Part shown: piece after piece, positions 33,836 through 43,270 of the stretch | How positions within the stretch are numbered: position 1 is the first letter of the stretch | How the letters are laid out: each line of letters starts with the position of its first letter | Translations under genes and position numbers: made by a program | From: Thermoplasmata archaeon | GTDB lineage: Archaea > Thermoplasmatota > Thermoplasmata > Lutacidiplasmatales > UBA184 | Length of the DNA: 64,000 nucleotides | NCBI GenBank assembly: GCA_035623855.1 | Contig: DASPSQ010000005.1 | Coordinates: 2,093 to 66,092 of the forward strand | Direction of reading: 5' to 3' | Notes under the pieces: generated by a model | The model's input: the letters and a program-made list of their open reading frames with translations, nothing else | Databases searched by the model: none | Told to the model about the DNA's origin: nothing

Positions 33836-34444
33836 ATGACGGTTGCCGCTCTCATACTCGCTGCCGGCGAATCCAGCCGGTTCGAGGGCTATCCCAAAGC
33901 CCTCTTGACCGCCGGGCGTCGGTCCGCCGTCCGCCGACTCGCCGAGATCGCGATCGCTCAGCAATTCGACCCGATCGCGGTCGTTGTCGGGGCCCACAAG
34001 GGTCCGATTACCCACGAGCTTCGCGATCTCCCCGTGGAGATCGTGGATGCGGAGCAGTGGTACGAGGGCCGGACCGCGTCGATTCAGGCCGGGATCTCTG
34101 CCCTTCCTGACGACCGGGACATTCTCCTCTGGCCGATCGACCACCCGTTCGTCTCTCCCCGGACGGTTGAGACGCTCACGGCGCTCCTTTCCACCGATAT
34201 GATCGCCGTCTGGTACATCCCGACGTACGAGGGTAATGGCGGTCACCCGGTCCTCTGGCGGTCGGTGATCCGCCCGGACGTCCTCGACCTTCGGCCCGAC
34301 GCACCGGTTCGCTCGCTCCTTCCGGAATTTGGCCCCCAGGTCCGACGCGTACCCGTCGAGGATCCGGGAGTCGTCGCGAACGTCGACACCCCCGACGCCT
34401 ACCGTGACGCGTACGAGACCTGGCTCGCCCGAGGGGAGGAGTGA
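33836..34444 (+). CDS. MobA-like nucleotidyltransferase (MocA-type molybdenum cofactor cytidylyltransferase).
   Basis: AALILAAGESSRFEGYPKALL matches the MobA/MocA N-terminal NTP-transferase motif. It is the first gene of the molybdo-hydroxylase operon. Confidence 0.65.
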   Translation: MTVAALILAAGESSRFEGYPKALLTAGRRSAVRRLAEIAIAQQFDPIAVVVGAHKGPITHELRDLPVEIVDAEQWYEGRTASIQAGISALPDDRDILLWPIDHPFVSPRTVETLTALLSTDMIAVWYIPTYEGNGGHPVLWRSVIRPDVLDLRPDAPVRSLLPEFGPQVRRVPVEDPGVVANVDTPDAYRDAYETWLARGEE

Positions 34445-35289
34445 TGGACCGCCGTCTGACACGCGAAGCATTACGACTGATGGAATCCCACCAGCCGTTC
34501 GTGCGAGCGGCGGTGGTGAAGGCGGTCGGCTCGGTTCCCGGAAAGGTCGGCGCGACAATGATCGTGCGGTCGGACGGCTCGTATCTCGGGACGGTCGGAG
34601 GCGCCGCTCTCGAGGAGCAGGTCAAGTCACTCGCGATGGAGGCGTTCGAGACCCATCGGGGCGACCTCCACCATTTCGACCTCCAGGCATGGGCCCCGGG
34701 GGGCCTCCCCAGTCTCTGCGGCGGCTCGGTGGAGATCGCCGTCGAGTACGTTCCCGCCCGTCCGAACCTCCTTCTCTGGGGAGGCGGTCATGTTGCCCAG
34801 GCGCTCGCCGCGATCCTCCCGACCCTGGAGTTCGACTACAGCGTCGCGGACGATCGCCCGGAGTGGATCGGTGCGGATCGGTTCCCCCACGCCGACCGCC
34901 GGGAGGCGGTCTCCCCGGCTCGCATCTGGGAGATCTTCGATCCTCCGACGTTCACGCACCTCTACCTCCTCGGGTACGACGCAGCGAAGGACCTCGAGGT
35001 CCTTGCGAGCGCGATCGAGCGATTCCCCAACGCGATCGGACTGATCGCGAGCGCATCGAAACGCGAGCACATGTTCCAAGAGCTTCGCTCGCGAGGGGTA
35101 TCGCGGGAATCGCTCACCCGGGTCCGATCTCCCGTGGGGCTCGAGATCGGGGCCGAGACACCGGCCGAGATCGCTGTGAGCATCGTGGCCGAGATCGTAG
35201 CCGGGATGCACCCGGCCAAGGTACGTAGTCGTGCGCGTGGGGAATCCTCCACCCCCCGGGAGACCGATGCCGTCCCGCGATCTCCTTAA
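34441..35289 (+). CDS. XdhC/CoxI family molybdoenzyme maturation factor.
   Basis: XdhC N-terminal domain plus Rossmann-like C-terminal domain (LLLWGGGHVAQALAAI). The start overlaps the MocA stop. Confidence 0.7.
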   Translation: MMDRRLTREALRLMESHQPFVRAAVVKAVGSVPGKVGATMIVRSDGSYLGTVGGAALEEQVKSLAMEAFETHRGDLHHFDLQAWAPGGLPSLCGGSVEIAVEYVPARPNLLLWGGGHVAQALAAILPTLEFDYSVADDRPEWIGADRFPHADRREAVSPARIWEIFDPPTFTHLYLLGYDAAKDLEVLASAIERFPNAIGLIASASKREHMFQELRSRGVSRESLTRVRSPVGLEIGAETPAEIAVSIVAEIVAGMHPAKVRSRARGESSTPRETDAVPRSP

Positions 35290-35740
35290 CCTCCGGCTGA
35301 ACGGCCATCCCGTCTCGGTGGCGTGCGAGCCCGCACGGATCCTTCTGGACCTACTGAGAGAGGATCTCGGCCTCACCGGCACGAAGCGGGGTTGCGACCT
35401 CGGGACATGCGGGTGCTGCACCGTCCTCCTCGATGGGCGTCCGACCCTGAGCTGTCTCACGCTCGCGCGTCTCACGGACGGCCGCGCGATCGAGACGATC
35501 GAGGGCCTGACCCCTCCCCGGGGACTTTCGCCGGTGCAACGCGCGTTCGTCGAGCGTGGAGCGACCCAGTGCGGGTTTTGCACCCCGGGCTTCGTGGTGA
35601 CCGCGACGGCCCTCCTTTCCCGAGAGCCGCATCCGAGTCGCTCCGAGATCGAGCGCGCGATCGCGGGGAACCTCTGCCGGTGCACGGGGTACACCAAGAT
35701 CATTGAGGCGATCGAGGCCGCTTCGCGGGAGACCCCCTGA
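35267..35740 (+). CDS. Xanthine dehydrogenase family small subunit, [2Fe-2S]-binding (CoxS/CutS-like).
   Basis: Plant-type ferredoxin motif CDLGTCGCC and a second-cluster motif CGFCTPG…CRCTGY. ATG at 35267 (MPSRDLLNLRLNGHPV). Confidence 0.85.
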   Translation: MPSRDLLNLRLNGHPVSVACEPARILLDLLREDLGLTGTKRGCDLGTCGCCTVLLDGRPTLSCLTLARLTDGRAIETIEGLTPPRGLSPVQRAFVERGATQCGFCTPGFVVTATALLSREPHPSRSEIERAIAGNLCRCTGYTKIIEAIEAASRETP

Positions 35741-38061
35741 TGGCTTCCACGGCCGGCCCGTATCGCCTCCTCGGCGGATCGATCCCGTACGTGGAGGGAC
35801 CCCTCAAGGTCACTGGCCGGGCCGAGTACACGGACGACATCCGCCGGCCGGGGATGCTCGTCGGCCGTCTCCTTCGCAGCCCGTGGCCCCATGCACGCCT
35901 CACGTCCCTCGACGTGAGCGCGGCCCGAGCGTGTCCGGGGGTGTTTGCCGTGCTGACGGGTGAACGGTACCCGATCCCGTTCGGGGTCCTCCCGATCACG
36001 CACGACGAGACCGCGATCGCGGTCGGGAAGGCGCGATACATCGGCGACATCATCGCCGCCGTCGCCGCGCAGGACGAGCGGACCGCCGAGAAGGCCCTTG
36101 CGCTCATCCGGGCGGAGGTCGAGCCGCTCCCGGAGTACTCCGATCCGCGGGTCGGGACGTCGAAGGTCGCCGAGCCAATCCACTCTCGCGGCCTTCAGGG
36201 GTCGAACATTCAGAAGGAGGTCGTCCAGCACTTCGGCGACGTCGACGCGGCGTTCGCGCGCGCTAGGTTCACCGCCCGGGTCCGTGCGACGTTCGCGGGA
36301 GTGACCCACGCGTTCACGGAGCCGATGGCGACCGTTGCCGAGGCGACGCCGGATGGTCGGCTCACCGTCTGGAGCGCCACCCAGGTCCCCCACTACCTCC
36401 ATCGGGCGCTTTCGGAGGTCCTGGGGCTCCCCCTCCACCGGATCCGGGTCATCAAGCCCGAGGTCGGCGGGGGGTTCGGCGGGAAATCCGATCCTCTTCC
36501 GCACGAGATCGTCTGCGCCGCGCTCGCGATCGAGACCGGCCGGCCGGTCAAGATCCTGTTCGACCGCGAGGACGTCTTCTACACGAACCACGGCCGCCAT
36601 CCGACCCAGAACGACGTGCGCATCGCCGCGGACGCGGAGGGGAACCTCCTCGGGTACGACATCGAGGCGCTGATCGATGGCGGCGCGTGGAGCTCGTTCG
36701 GAACCGTTACCACGTACTACAACGGCGTCCTCGCGATCGGGCCATATCGCGTGCCCAACTTCCGCTACAAGGGCCGTCGGGTCTACACGACGAAGCCCCC
36801 CTCTGGGGCGATGCGCGCCCACGGGGGCACGAACATCCGCTACTCGATCGAGGTCGCGATCGACGAGCTCGCCGAGGCGATCGGCGTCGATCCGTTCGAC
36901 CTTCGCGCGAAGAACGCCCTCCCCCCGAACTCGAAGACGGTCAACGAGTTCCGGATCACCTCGACGTCGTTCCTCAAGTGCCTCTCCGCCGCCCGGTCGG
37001 CGAGCGGCTGGGCGGAGAAGTTCCGACGGCTGCCGTTCGGTCGAGGCGTCGGACTCGGCTGCGGCTTCTACATCTCGGGATCGAACAGCCCGATCCACTT
37101 CACGCCGAAGATGCCCCAGTCGACCGTCCACCTCAAGGTCGACATGGACGGCGGCATCGCCGTCCACTCGATGCAGGCGGATATCGGGCAGGGGTCGAAC
37201 ACGCTACTCGCGGCGATCATCGCGGAGGTGCTCGGGGTCGACCTCGAGCGCGTGCACGTCCAGCGCGTCGATTCCGATGTGAGCCCGATCGACGTCGGGT
37301 CGTATTCGAGCCGAGTGACGTTCATGATGGGGAACGCGGCCCGTGCGGCGGCGGAGGAGCTCAAGGGCCGGCTGATCGCCGCGGCAGCGGAGATCCTCGA
37401 GCGCCCCCCCGGCGAGATCGAGGTGGGCCAGGAGCGTTTCCACCTCGTGGGTGCGCCGGACCGCTCGGTCTCGTTCCTCGACACGCTCCATCGGGCGATG
37501 GAGCGGTCCGGTGCCCTCACCGCGTCCGGCTCGTTCCAGACCCAGCCGATCGGAGGGACGTTCAAGGGGGCCCGGGCCGGCACGGCGCCGGCGTACTCGT
37601 TCGCAGCGTACGTCGCCGAGGTCGAGGTCGATGTCGAGACCGGCGAATTCCACGTCCCCAAGATTTGGGCGGCGTTCGATTGCGGTCGGCCCTTGAACCG
37701 GCTGGCGGTCGAGGGGCAGATCCAGGGGTCGATCCACATGGGCCTCGGCCAGGTGATGGGCGAGTCGATGAACTACCGGGGTTCGCGCCTGTTCAACCCG
37801 TCGCTTCTGGAGTACAAGATCCCGATGCCCCAGCAGATGCCGGAGGTCGAAATCCTGCTCGTGGGGGACGACGACCCCGAGGGACCGTTTGGGGCGAAGG
37901 AGGCCGGCGAGGGGCCGCTGATCGCCACGCTCCCGGCGGTGGGGAATGCCCTCTACGATGCGATCGGAGTGCGGTTCACCGAGCTCCCGATCACCCCGGA
38001 TCGCGTGGTGCGAGCCCTCGAAGTGCGGCTGAAGGAGGGGCGTCCCTGGAAGGGCGCCTAG
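35740..38061 (+). CDS. Xanthine dehydrogenase family molybdopterin-binding large subunit (CoxL/aldehyde oxidoreductase-like).
   Basis: Typical MoCo-subunit motifs (GGGFGGK, MPQSTVHLKVD…ADIGQGSNT, FGAKEAGEGPL). Its ATG shares a nucleotide with the small-subunit stop (TGATG). Confidence 0.85.
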   Translation: MASTAGPYRLLGGSIPYVEGPLKVTGRAEYTDDIRRPGMLVGRLLRSPWPHARLTSLDVSAARACPGVFAVLTGERYPIPFGVLPITHDETAIAVGKARYIGDIIAAVAAQDERTAEKALALIRAEVEPLPEYSDPRVGTSKVAEPIHSRGLQGSNIQKEVVQHFGDVDAAFARARFTARVRATFAGVTHAFTEPMATVAEATPDGRLTVWSATQVPHYLHRALSEVLGLPLHRIRVIKPEVGGGFGGKSDPLPHEIVCAALAIETGRPVKILFDREDVFYTNHGRHPTQNDVRIAADAEGNLLGYDIEALIDGGAWSSFGTVTTYYNGVLAIGPYRVPNFRYKGRRVYTTKPPSGAMRAHGGTNIRYSIEVAIDELAEAIGVDPFDLRAKNALPPNSKTVNEFRITSTSFLKCLSAARSASGWAEKFRRLPFGRGVGLGCGFYISGSNSPIHFTPKMPQSTVHLKVDMDGGIAVHSMQADIGQGSNTLLAAIIAEVLGVDLERVHVQRVDSDVSPIDVGSYSSRVTFMMGNAARAAAEELKGRLIAAAAEILERPPGEIEVGQERFHLVGAPDRSVSFLDTLHRAMERSGALTASGSFQTQPIGGTFKGARAGTAPAYSFAAYVAEVEVDVETGEFHVPKIWAAFDCGRPLNRLAVEGQIQGSIHMGLGQVMGESMNYRGSRLFNPSLLEYKIPMPQQMPEVEILLVGDDDPEGPFGAKEAGEGPLIATLPAVGNALYDAIGVRFTELPITPDRVVRALEVRLKEGRPWKGA

Positions 38062-38067
38062 CGGACG

Positions 38068-39051
38068 ATGCACCTGGATCCGTTCGAGCTCCACCAGCCG
38101 ACGACCGTCGACGAGACGGTCCGGATCGCCGGCGAGCTCGCCGGTCGGTTCGACTTCCTCGCCGGGGGGACCGACCTCTTACCGAATTACAAAATGCACA
38201 TTAATCTCAAACCCCACCTCGTCGCCCTCGACCGGGTCCCCGAGCTCTCCGGTCACTCGCTCACCCGCCTCGGGGCGATGGAACGGCTCGGGCGGCTCGA
38301 AGACGACCCCGCGTTCCTCGCGGCATATCCGGGCATCGCCGACGCGCTCGCGGACCTTGCGACCCCTCTCGTTCGCGCCAGCGGAACGGTCGGGGGGAAC
38401 CTCCTGGTCGAGACGCGGTGCTTCTTCTTCAACCAGAGCTACTTCTGGCGCGCGAGCCTCGGGTTCTGTCTCAAGGCGGACGGGGACCGCTGCCACGTCG
38501 TGCCGCAGAAAGAACGGTGCTACGCGACGTTCTCCGGGGATCTCGCGCCGCCGCTCCTTGCGCTCGACGCGACGGTCGAGCTGGCCGGCCGCGATGGACG
38601 GCGCACCATCCCGCTCGCCGATCTCTATGATGTCGGGGGCGACGGGATCCACCGTCTCCACCTTCGCCCGGGCGAGCTCCTCGTCTCCGTCGGGTTCCCT
38701 CGAAGTGCTGCAGGGCAGCGGGCCCGGTACAAGAAGCTCCGTGTCCGGCCGTCGTTCGACTTCCCCGAACTCGGGGTTGCCGTCGCGGGTCATTGGACCG
38801 CGGACCGTGTCGACCACCTCCGCCTCGCGATCGGCGGAATCGAGACGTACCCCCATCGGTTTGATGAGCTCACGGATGCTCTAGTAGGTGGCCCGCTCTC
38901 GGAGGCGAAGGTCTCTCTGCTCGCGGAGGAAGTCACGAGGCGGCTCCGCCCCGTCCACAACACGTTCCTCCCTCCGGACTATCGGCGCCGGATGATTGGG
39001 GTCCTCGTGCGTCGTGCGCTCATGGAGTCTCGGGAGGGCCGGACCTCATGA
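38068..39051 (+). CDS. Xanthine dehydrogenase family FAD-binding medium subunit (CoxM-like) with a 4-Cys [4Fe-4S]-type insertion.
   Basis: FAD-binding fold (FLAGGTDLLP, GTVGGNL) plus the insertion ETRC-x15-C-x7-C-x8-C (residues ~118-151). Confidence 0.8.
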   Translation: MHLDPFELHQPTTVDETVRIAGELAGRFDFLAGGTDLLPNYKMHINLKPHLVALDRVPELSGHSLTRLGAMERLGRLEDDPAFLAAYPGIADALADLATPLVRASGTVGGNLLVETRCFFFNQSYFWRASLGFCLKADGDRCHVVPQKERCYATFSGDLAPPLLALDATVELAGRDGRRTIPLADLYDVGGDGIHRLHLRPGELLVSVGFPRSAAGQRARYKKLRVRPSFDFPELGVAVAGHWTADRVDHLRLAIGGIETYPHRFDELTDALVGGPLSEAKVSLLAEEVTRRLRPVHNTFLPPDYRRRMIGVLVRRALMESREGRTS

Positions 39052-39524
39052 CCCGACCACCCGAGTTCGCTCTCGTGCCGATCCGGGACCTCCATGCGCA
39101 CGAGCAATTCCAGGACGACTGCGTCGTCGCGCTCATGGAGGAGCTCCGCCGCGCCGGCGTCATGAACGAGCCGATCTGGGTCTCGCGCGACTCGCTCGTG
39201 ATCCTGAACGGTCACCACCGGGTCGAGGCGATGCGGCGGATGGGGGCCAGCCGAATGCCCGCGTGGCTCTTCGAGTACGAGTCCGAAGTTGTGAGTCTGG
39301 AGCCGTGGCGCCCGGGGCCTCCCATCCCGAAGGCCGAGGTCATCCGTCGTGGGGTCAGTGGCCATCTCTTCCCGCCGAAGACGACGCGCCACAAGATCCA
39401 GGTCGAGCTTCCGCCGCACCCCACCTCGCTTGCCGACCTTCTCGCGCCGGAGCGCGGACTGGTCTACCCAATGGGTCCTCGGTCGTCCCGGCGGCGGAGC
39501 CCCAGGGCGTCGCGCTCGGAATAG
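39048..39524 (+). CDS. ParB/sulfiredoxin-like N-terminal-domain protein, translationally coupled to the FAD subunit gene.
   Basis: ILNGHHRVEAMRRMG resembles the ParB-N/Srx fold core. The ATGA overlap with the upstream stop supports expression. The C-terminal ~60 nt overlap the convergent purN. Confidence 0.45.
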   Translation: MTRPPEFALVPIRDLHAHEQFQDDCVVALMEELRRAGVMNEPIWVSRDSLVILNGHHRVEAMRRMGASRMPAWLFEYESEVVSLEPWRPGPPIPKAEVIRRGVSGHLFPPKTTRHKIQVELPPHPTSLADLLAPERGLVYPMGPRSSRRRSPRASRSE

Positions 39525-40150
39525 GGAAGGGAGAGAGATCCGTCCGCGAACTGTCGGATCGTGTCGGCGAGGAGTTCGACCTCGACCGGATGGAGTCGTG
39601 CGCGCAACGACTCCGCAGTGTCGCCGGGGAGGACCGGAATACGCCGTTGCGCGAGGATCAGCCCCCCATCGACCGCCGTGGTGACAAGGTGAACCGTCGC
39701 GCCGGTTTCAGAATCTCCCGACGCGAGGACGGCCTCGTGGACGTGGGCCCCGTACATCCCGTGGCCTCCGTACCGCGGGAGGAGCGCGGGGTGGATGTTG
39801 ATCACACGACCCTTCCACCGTTCGATCCACGACGGGGGCAGGATCTTGAGGAAGCCGGCAAGGACCACGAGCTCGACGCCCCGCGATTCGAGCTCCGCGG
39901 TCACCCGTTCGGACCAGGCGTCCACCGGCGCGTCCCGCGACGCGACGACCACGCTCGAAAGACCCCGGCGGGCGGCCTTCTCGAGCGCCCCGATCCCCGG
40001 TCGGTTCGCAAGCACGAGGGCGATCCGAGCCGGAAGCGTTCCGTTCGCCGCCAGTTCCGCGAGCGCATCGAGGGTCGTCCCCTCCCCCGAGACCAGGATC
40101 GCGATCGGGAGGGGTCCGATTCGTTTCCCAGGGACCGGGTTCCCGGACAT
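39464..40150 (-). CDS. purN: Phosphoribosylglycinamide formyltransferase.
   Basis: IAILVSGEGTTLDAL, VVLAGFLKIL, INIHPALLPRYGGHGMYG and HLVTTAVDGG are all PurN signatures. Confidence 0.8.
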   Translation of the reverse strand: MSGNPVPGKRIGPLPIAILVSGEGTTLDALAELAANGTLPARIALVLANRPGIGALEKAARRGLSSVVVASRDAPVDAWSERVTAELESRGVELVVLAGFLKILPPSWIERWKGRVINIHPALLPRYGGHGMYGAHVHEAVLASGDSETGATVHLVTTAVDGGLILAQRRIPVLPGDTAESLRARLHPVEVELLADTIRQFADGSLSLPYSERDALGLRRRDDRGPIG

Positions 40151-41532
40151 CAGAAGAGGGTCGACGAGGTGAACCGGAACGACCGGACGGCCGCGGCGGG
40201 TGTCGTCGCCGCGGCGGTCGCGCGCTCGGCGGGATACGTCCGTCGCTCGCGACCGAGCTGGGTGATGCCCCGGAGCATCGTGAGGACGCTTTCAGTGAAG
40301 CGAAGGTTGCGGACGGGGCCGACGACCTCGCCCCGATCGATCTTGTACGTGCCGTCCCGCGTCATGCCGGTGATGATTCCCTTCCCCGGGTCGACGATCC
40401 GCACGTAATGGAATCGCGTCACGAGGAGACCGCGGCGCGTCGACCGGATGAGTTCCTCCTCGCTCGCGTCCCCCGGAGCCAGGAGGATCCGTGTCGGCTC
40501 GGGGCCGTACGCGCCGAACGGAGCCTCCGGTGGAAGGGCATGGCCGGTGAGCCGACGGCCCATCCGGCCCGCGGTCACGAGATCGGTGACCGCCTCGCCG
40601 GCGACCCCGTGGTCGACCAGGGGGAATCGGTGGGTCCAGGTTCCCTCGTTGTCGATCGCGAACGGGATGGTCGCGGGCGATCGCGGATCGTCCACAAGCT
40701 GGACGAACTCGGGGGCGATGCGCTTGCCGCGGGAATGGGCGAGGCAGCTCCAACCCTCGAGCTCGCCGAAGCCGGCAAACCCGAGGGTTCCGAGGAACTC
40801 GAGAGCCTCCGCCATCGCGGGCCCGCGCAGGACTACGCGGTACGCTCCCGGCTCGACCGGTTGGGGCTCGGTCCGAGCGACGCGCTCGGCCGCCTCTTGG
40901 CCGAGTCGTTCCGCCCCGAGCCGCCGGTAGTCCCAGTGGCCTCCCTCGGACCATCCCGACACCGGGGGATCCTGATCGGGTCGATCGACCAGCACGCTCG
41001 CCTGAGCCGAGGAAAGGGCGTCGGACCGATCGAGACCGGAGGAGTTGACGACCCTCAAGCGTTCGGACCCTACGATCACCACACCGGCCACCCGGGCCCC
41101 CGGAGCACCGTCCCGGGCGGCGGCGAGGATCCGCGCGGCGATCTCGGTCGCACGCTCCGGCGAGAGATCGGCGGTCGGCTCGGAAAACGGCACGCCGGTC
41201 CGTCCCCGTCCGCCGTCCGGTGGGAAGCCGGGGAACTTCGGTTCCACCGGTGCCACCCGGGCGAGCGAGCGCGCCGCGTCCCGGACCGCCGCGAGGCCGT
41301 CCGCCGAGACATCGACGGTTGTCGCGGTGCCGAGGCGACCGTCTTCGGCAACGCGGAACGACACGTGCGTCGAGCGCTCGAGGTGGGGTTGGTGGATCCG
41401 GCCGTTCGCGAACCGGATCGTGGTCCACGATCGTCGCGCGATCCGGACGTCCGCGGTCACCCCGGACGGGAGTGTTCCGAGGGCATCCGTGACCGGGTCC
41501 CTCCGACGGGAACGGGAGCCGGGCACGATCAT
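40150..41532 (-). CDS. TldD/PmbA family metalloprotease, PmbA(TldE)-like partner.
   Basis: TldD/PmbA fold signatures. It is coupled by a 4-nt overlap to the upstream TldD gene. Confidence 0.65.
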   Translation of the reverse strand: MIVPGSRSRRRDPVTDALGTLPSGVTADVRIARRSWTTIRFANGRIHQPHLERSTHVSFRVAEDGRLGTATTVDVSADGLAAVRDAARSLARVAPVEPKFPGFPPDGGRGRTGVPFSEPTADLSPERATEIAARILAAARDGAPGARVAGVVIVGSERLRVVNSSGLDRSDALSSAQASVLVDRPDQDPPVSGWSEGGHWDYRRLGAERLGQEAAERVARTEPQPVEPGAYRVVLRGPAMAEALEFLGTLGFAGFGELEGWSCLAHSRGKRIAPEFVQLVDDPRSPATIPFAIDNEGTWTHRFPLVDHGVAGEAVTDLVTAGRMGRRLTGHALPPEAPFGAYGPEPTRILLAPGDASEEELIRSTRRGLLVTRFHYVRIVDPGKGIITGMTRDGTYKIDRGEVVGPVRNLRFTESVLTMLRGITQLGRERRTYPAERATAAATTPAAAVRSFRFTSSTLF

Positions 41533-42980
41533 CCTCCTCGGACCGAGACGTTCCGGAACCGCGCGACCGGCGCCCCGTGGCTCACGCGCGCGATCTGGCC
41601 CGGCTGACCCTTGCCGCAGTTCGGTACTCCCCAGAGGTGCCAGGTGGTCGCATTCCCGACGGCGTCCATCGAGCTCCAGAACGTCGGGCCCATCCCCGCG
41701 TAGATCGGGTTGCGGACGATCTCGCCGAGCTCGCCGCGGACGATCCGTCGGCCGATCTCGGTCCCGAATTGGAAATTCAATCGCTTGTCGTCGATCGACC
41801 AGGAGCGATTCGTCTCGAGGTACACTCCGTCCGTGACGTCGCGCAGGACCTCCTCCAGACTGAGGTCCCCCGGCAGGAGGTCCACGTTGGTCATCCGGAC
41901 GAGCGGCGCCCGGTCGGCCCCATCCGCCCTCGCCGTGCCACCGGATCGTGGGAGGCCGAGCTCCGCCGCCGATTCTCGGGACGAAAGAACCCCCACGAGC
42001 GTCCCCCGGTCGATGATCGGCAGGCGCTGGCCGGGAACCCCTTCGTCGTCCCAGCCAAACGTGCCGAGACCGCCCGGTTCGGTCGCGTCCGCCACCACGT
42101 TCATCGCGTTGCTCCCGTACCGGAGCGATCCGATCCGCGCCGCCGGGACCCAGCTCGTTCCCGCGTACGCGGCCTCGCTGCCAAAGATTCGATCGAGCTC
42201 CACCGCGTGACCCACACTTTCATGGACCTGCAGGCCGAGCTGGTCCGATCCCAGAACGAGCGTCATGGTCCCCGTCGGACAGACGGGCGCGTCGAGAAGC
42301 GTGGCCGCTTCTTCTCCGACCCGCTCGGCCCGCTCGACCAGCGCAAGCGATTCGACGAACTCGAACCCCGCCTGTCGGAAGTCCCCGCCAAACGACGTGG
42401 GGGCGCTCCTCCGCTGCACGTTCGAGCCCCGGACTGCGGTCGCGCTGATCCCTGCGCCCACGTGAACGATCCGAGAGCTGAACGACCCGCCCTCCGTCGA
42501 CCCGAACGTCTTCGTCTCGTCCCAGGCCTGAAACGTCGCGACGCCCGTCTTGATCTCCCGGCGGACATGGAGCCGGGACTCCGCCTCCGACAAGAGCCCC
42601 ACGATCGTTTCGCGCGGGACCTCGAAGGGGTCCGTTTTGAGGGGAGTGGAGTACCGCCCCTCTCGCGGAGGCGGATCGTCCGTGACTTTGAGACGGCCCG
42701 GGGCCGATCGGCCCGCGGCCCGGGCGAGGCGAACCGCCGTCCGGGCCGCCTCTCGTGCGGCGGCCGGGCTCAATTCCGACGTACCCGCGAACCCCCACGC
42801 CTGATCGGTCCGAACGCGCACACCGATGGACTCGCTCCGAGCATCCGTCAGCGCGTGCGCTTGGCCGTCCCGGATCGCGAGGTGGAGCGTTCGCTGAGGA
42901 GCGACGATCCGGACGTCCGCGTACCGGACGCCCGCCGCTTCCGCCACAGACAGTGCGATGCGGGCAAGGTCCTCCGCCAC
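41529..42980 (-). CDS. tldD: TldD family metalloprotease.
   Basis: HExxxH-type motif VHESVGHAVELD and GxC…C region, typical of TldD. Confidence 0.75.
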   Translation of the reverse strand: MAEDLARIALSVAEAAGVRYADVRIVAPQRTLHLAIRDGQAHALTDARSESIGVRVRTDQAWGFAGTSELSPAAAREAARTAVRLARAAGRSAPGRLKVTDDPPPREGRYSTPLKTDPFEVPRETIVGLLSEAESRLHVRREIKTGVATFQAWDETKTFGSTEGGSFSSRIVHVGAGISATAVRGSNVQRRSAPTSFGGDFRQAGFEFVESLALVERAERVGEEAATLLDAPVCPTGTMTLVLGSDQLGLQVHESVGHAVELDRIFGSEAAYAGTSWVPAARIGSLRYGSNAMNVVADATEPGGLGTFGWDDEGVPGQRLPIIDRGTLVGVLSSRESAAELGLPRSGGTARADGADRAPLVRMTNVDLLPGDLSLEEVLRDVTDGVYLETNRSWSIDDKRLNFQFGTEIGRRIVRGELGEIVRNPIYAGMGPTFWSSMDAVGNATTWHLWGVPNCGKGQPGQIARVSHGAPVARFRNVSVRGG

Positions 42981-43270
42981 GGTGCCCTCCCCGGCCCAGG
43001 GAGTCGACCGGCCGCTTAACCTTCACCCGGAGACGCTCGCGATGCCTCGTCGACCGTGTCCGGCGGCAGCACTGCGCTTTCCGCCTTCCGCGAGCAAGCG
43101 CTGCGGCCCCCGGTTCTGGCACGTCGGTCTCGTGGACCTCGCGGCCGGGACGGCACCCCCCGAATCTTCCGGCCCTCCCTCCCGTAGAGCCCGTTCGAGG
43201 GAATCCGCCTCCGAACACTCCGGACGAACGGCAGATAAGCACCCCCGCGGTCCGCTCCTACGATCCCAAG

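Noticed and set aside
34627-37167. 846-aa minus-strand ORF.
   Set aside because: It is antisense to the XdhC, small-subunit and large-subunit genes, which have unambiguous motifs. It is Arg/Asp/Glu/Val-rich low-complexity sequence.
40292-41607. 378-aa minus and 399-aa plus ORFs over PmbA.
   Set aside because: They are out-of-frame or antisense to the TldD/PmbA-family gene and are Arg/Gly/Pro-rich.
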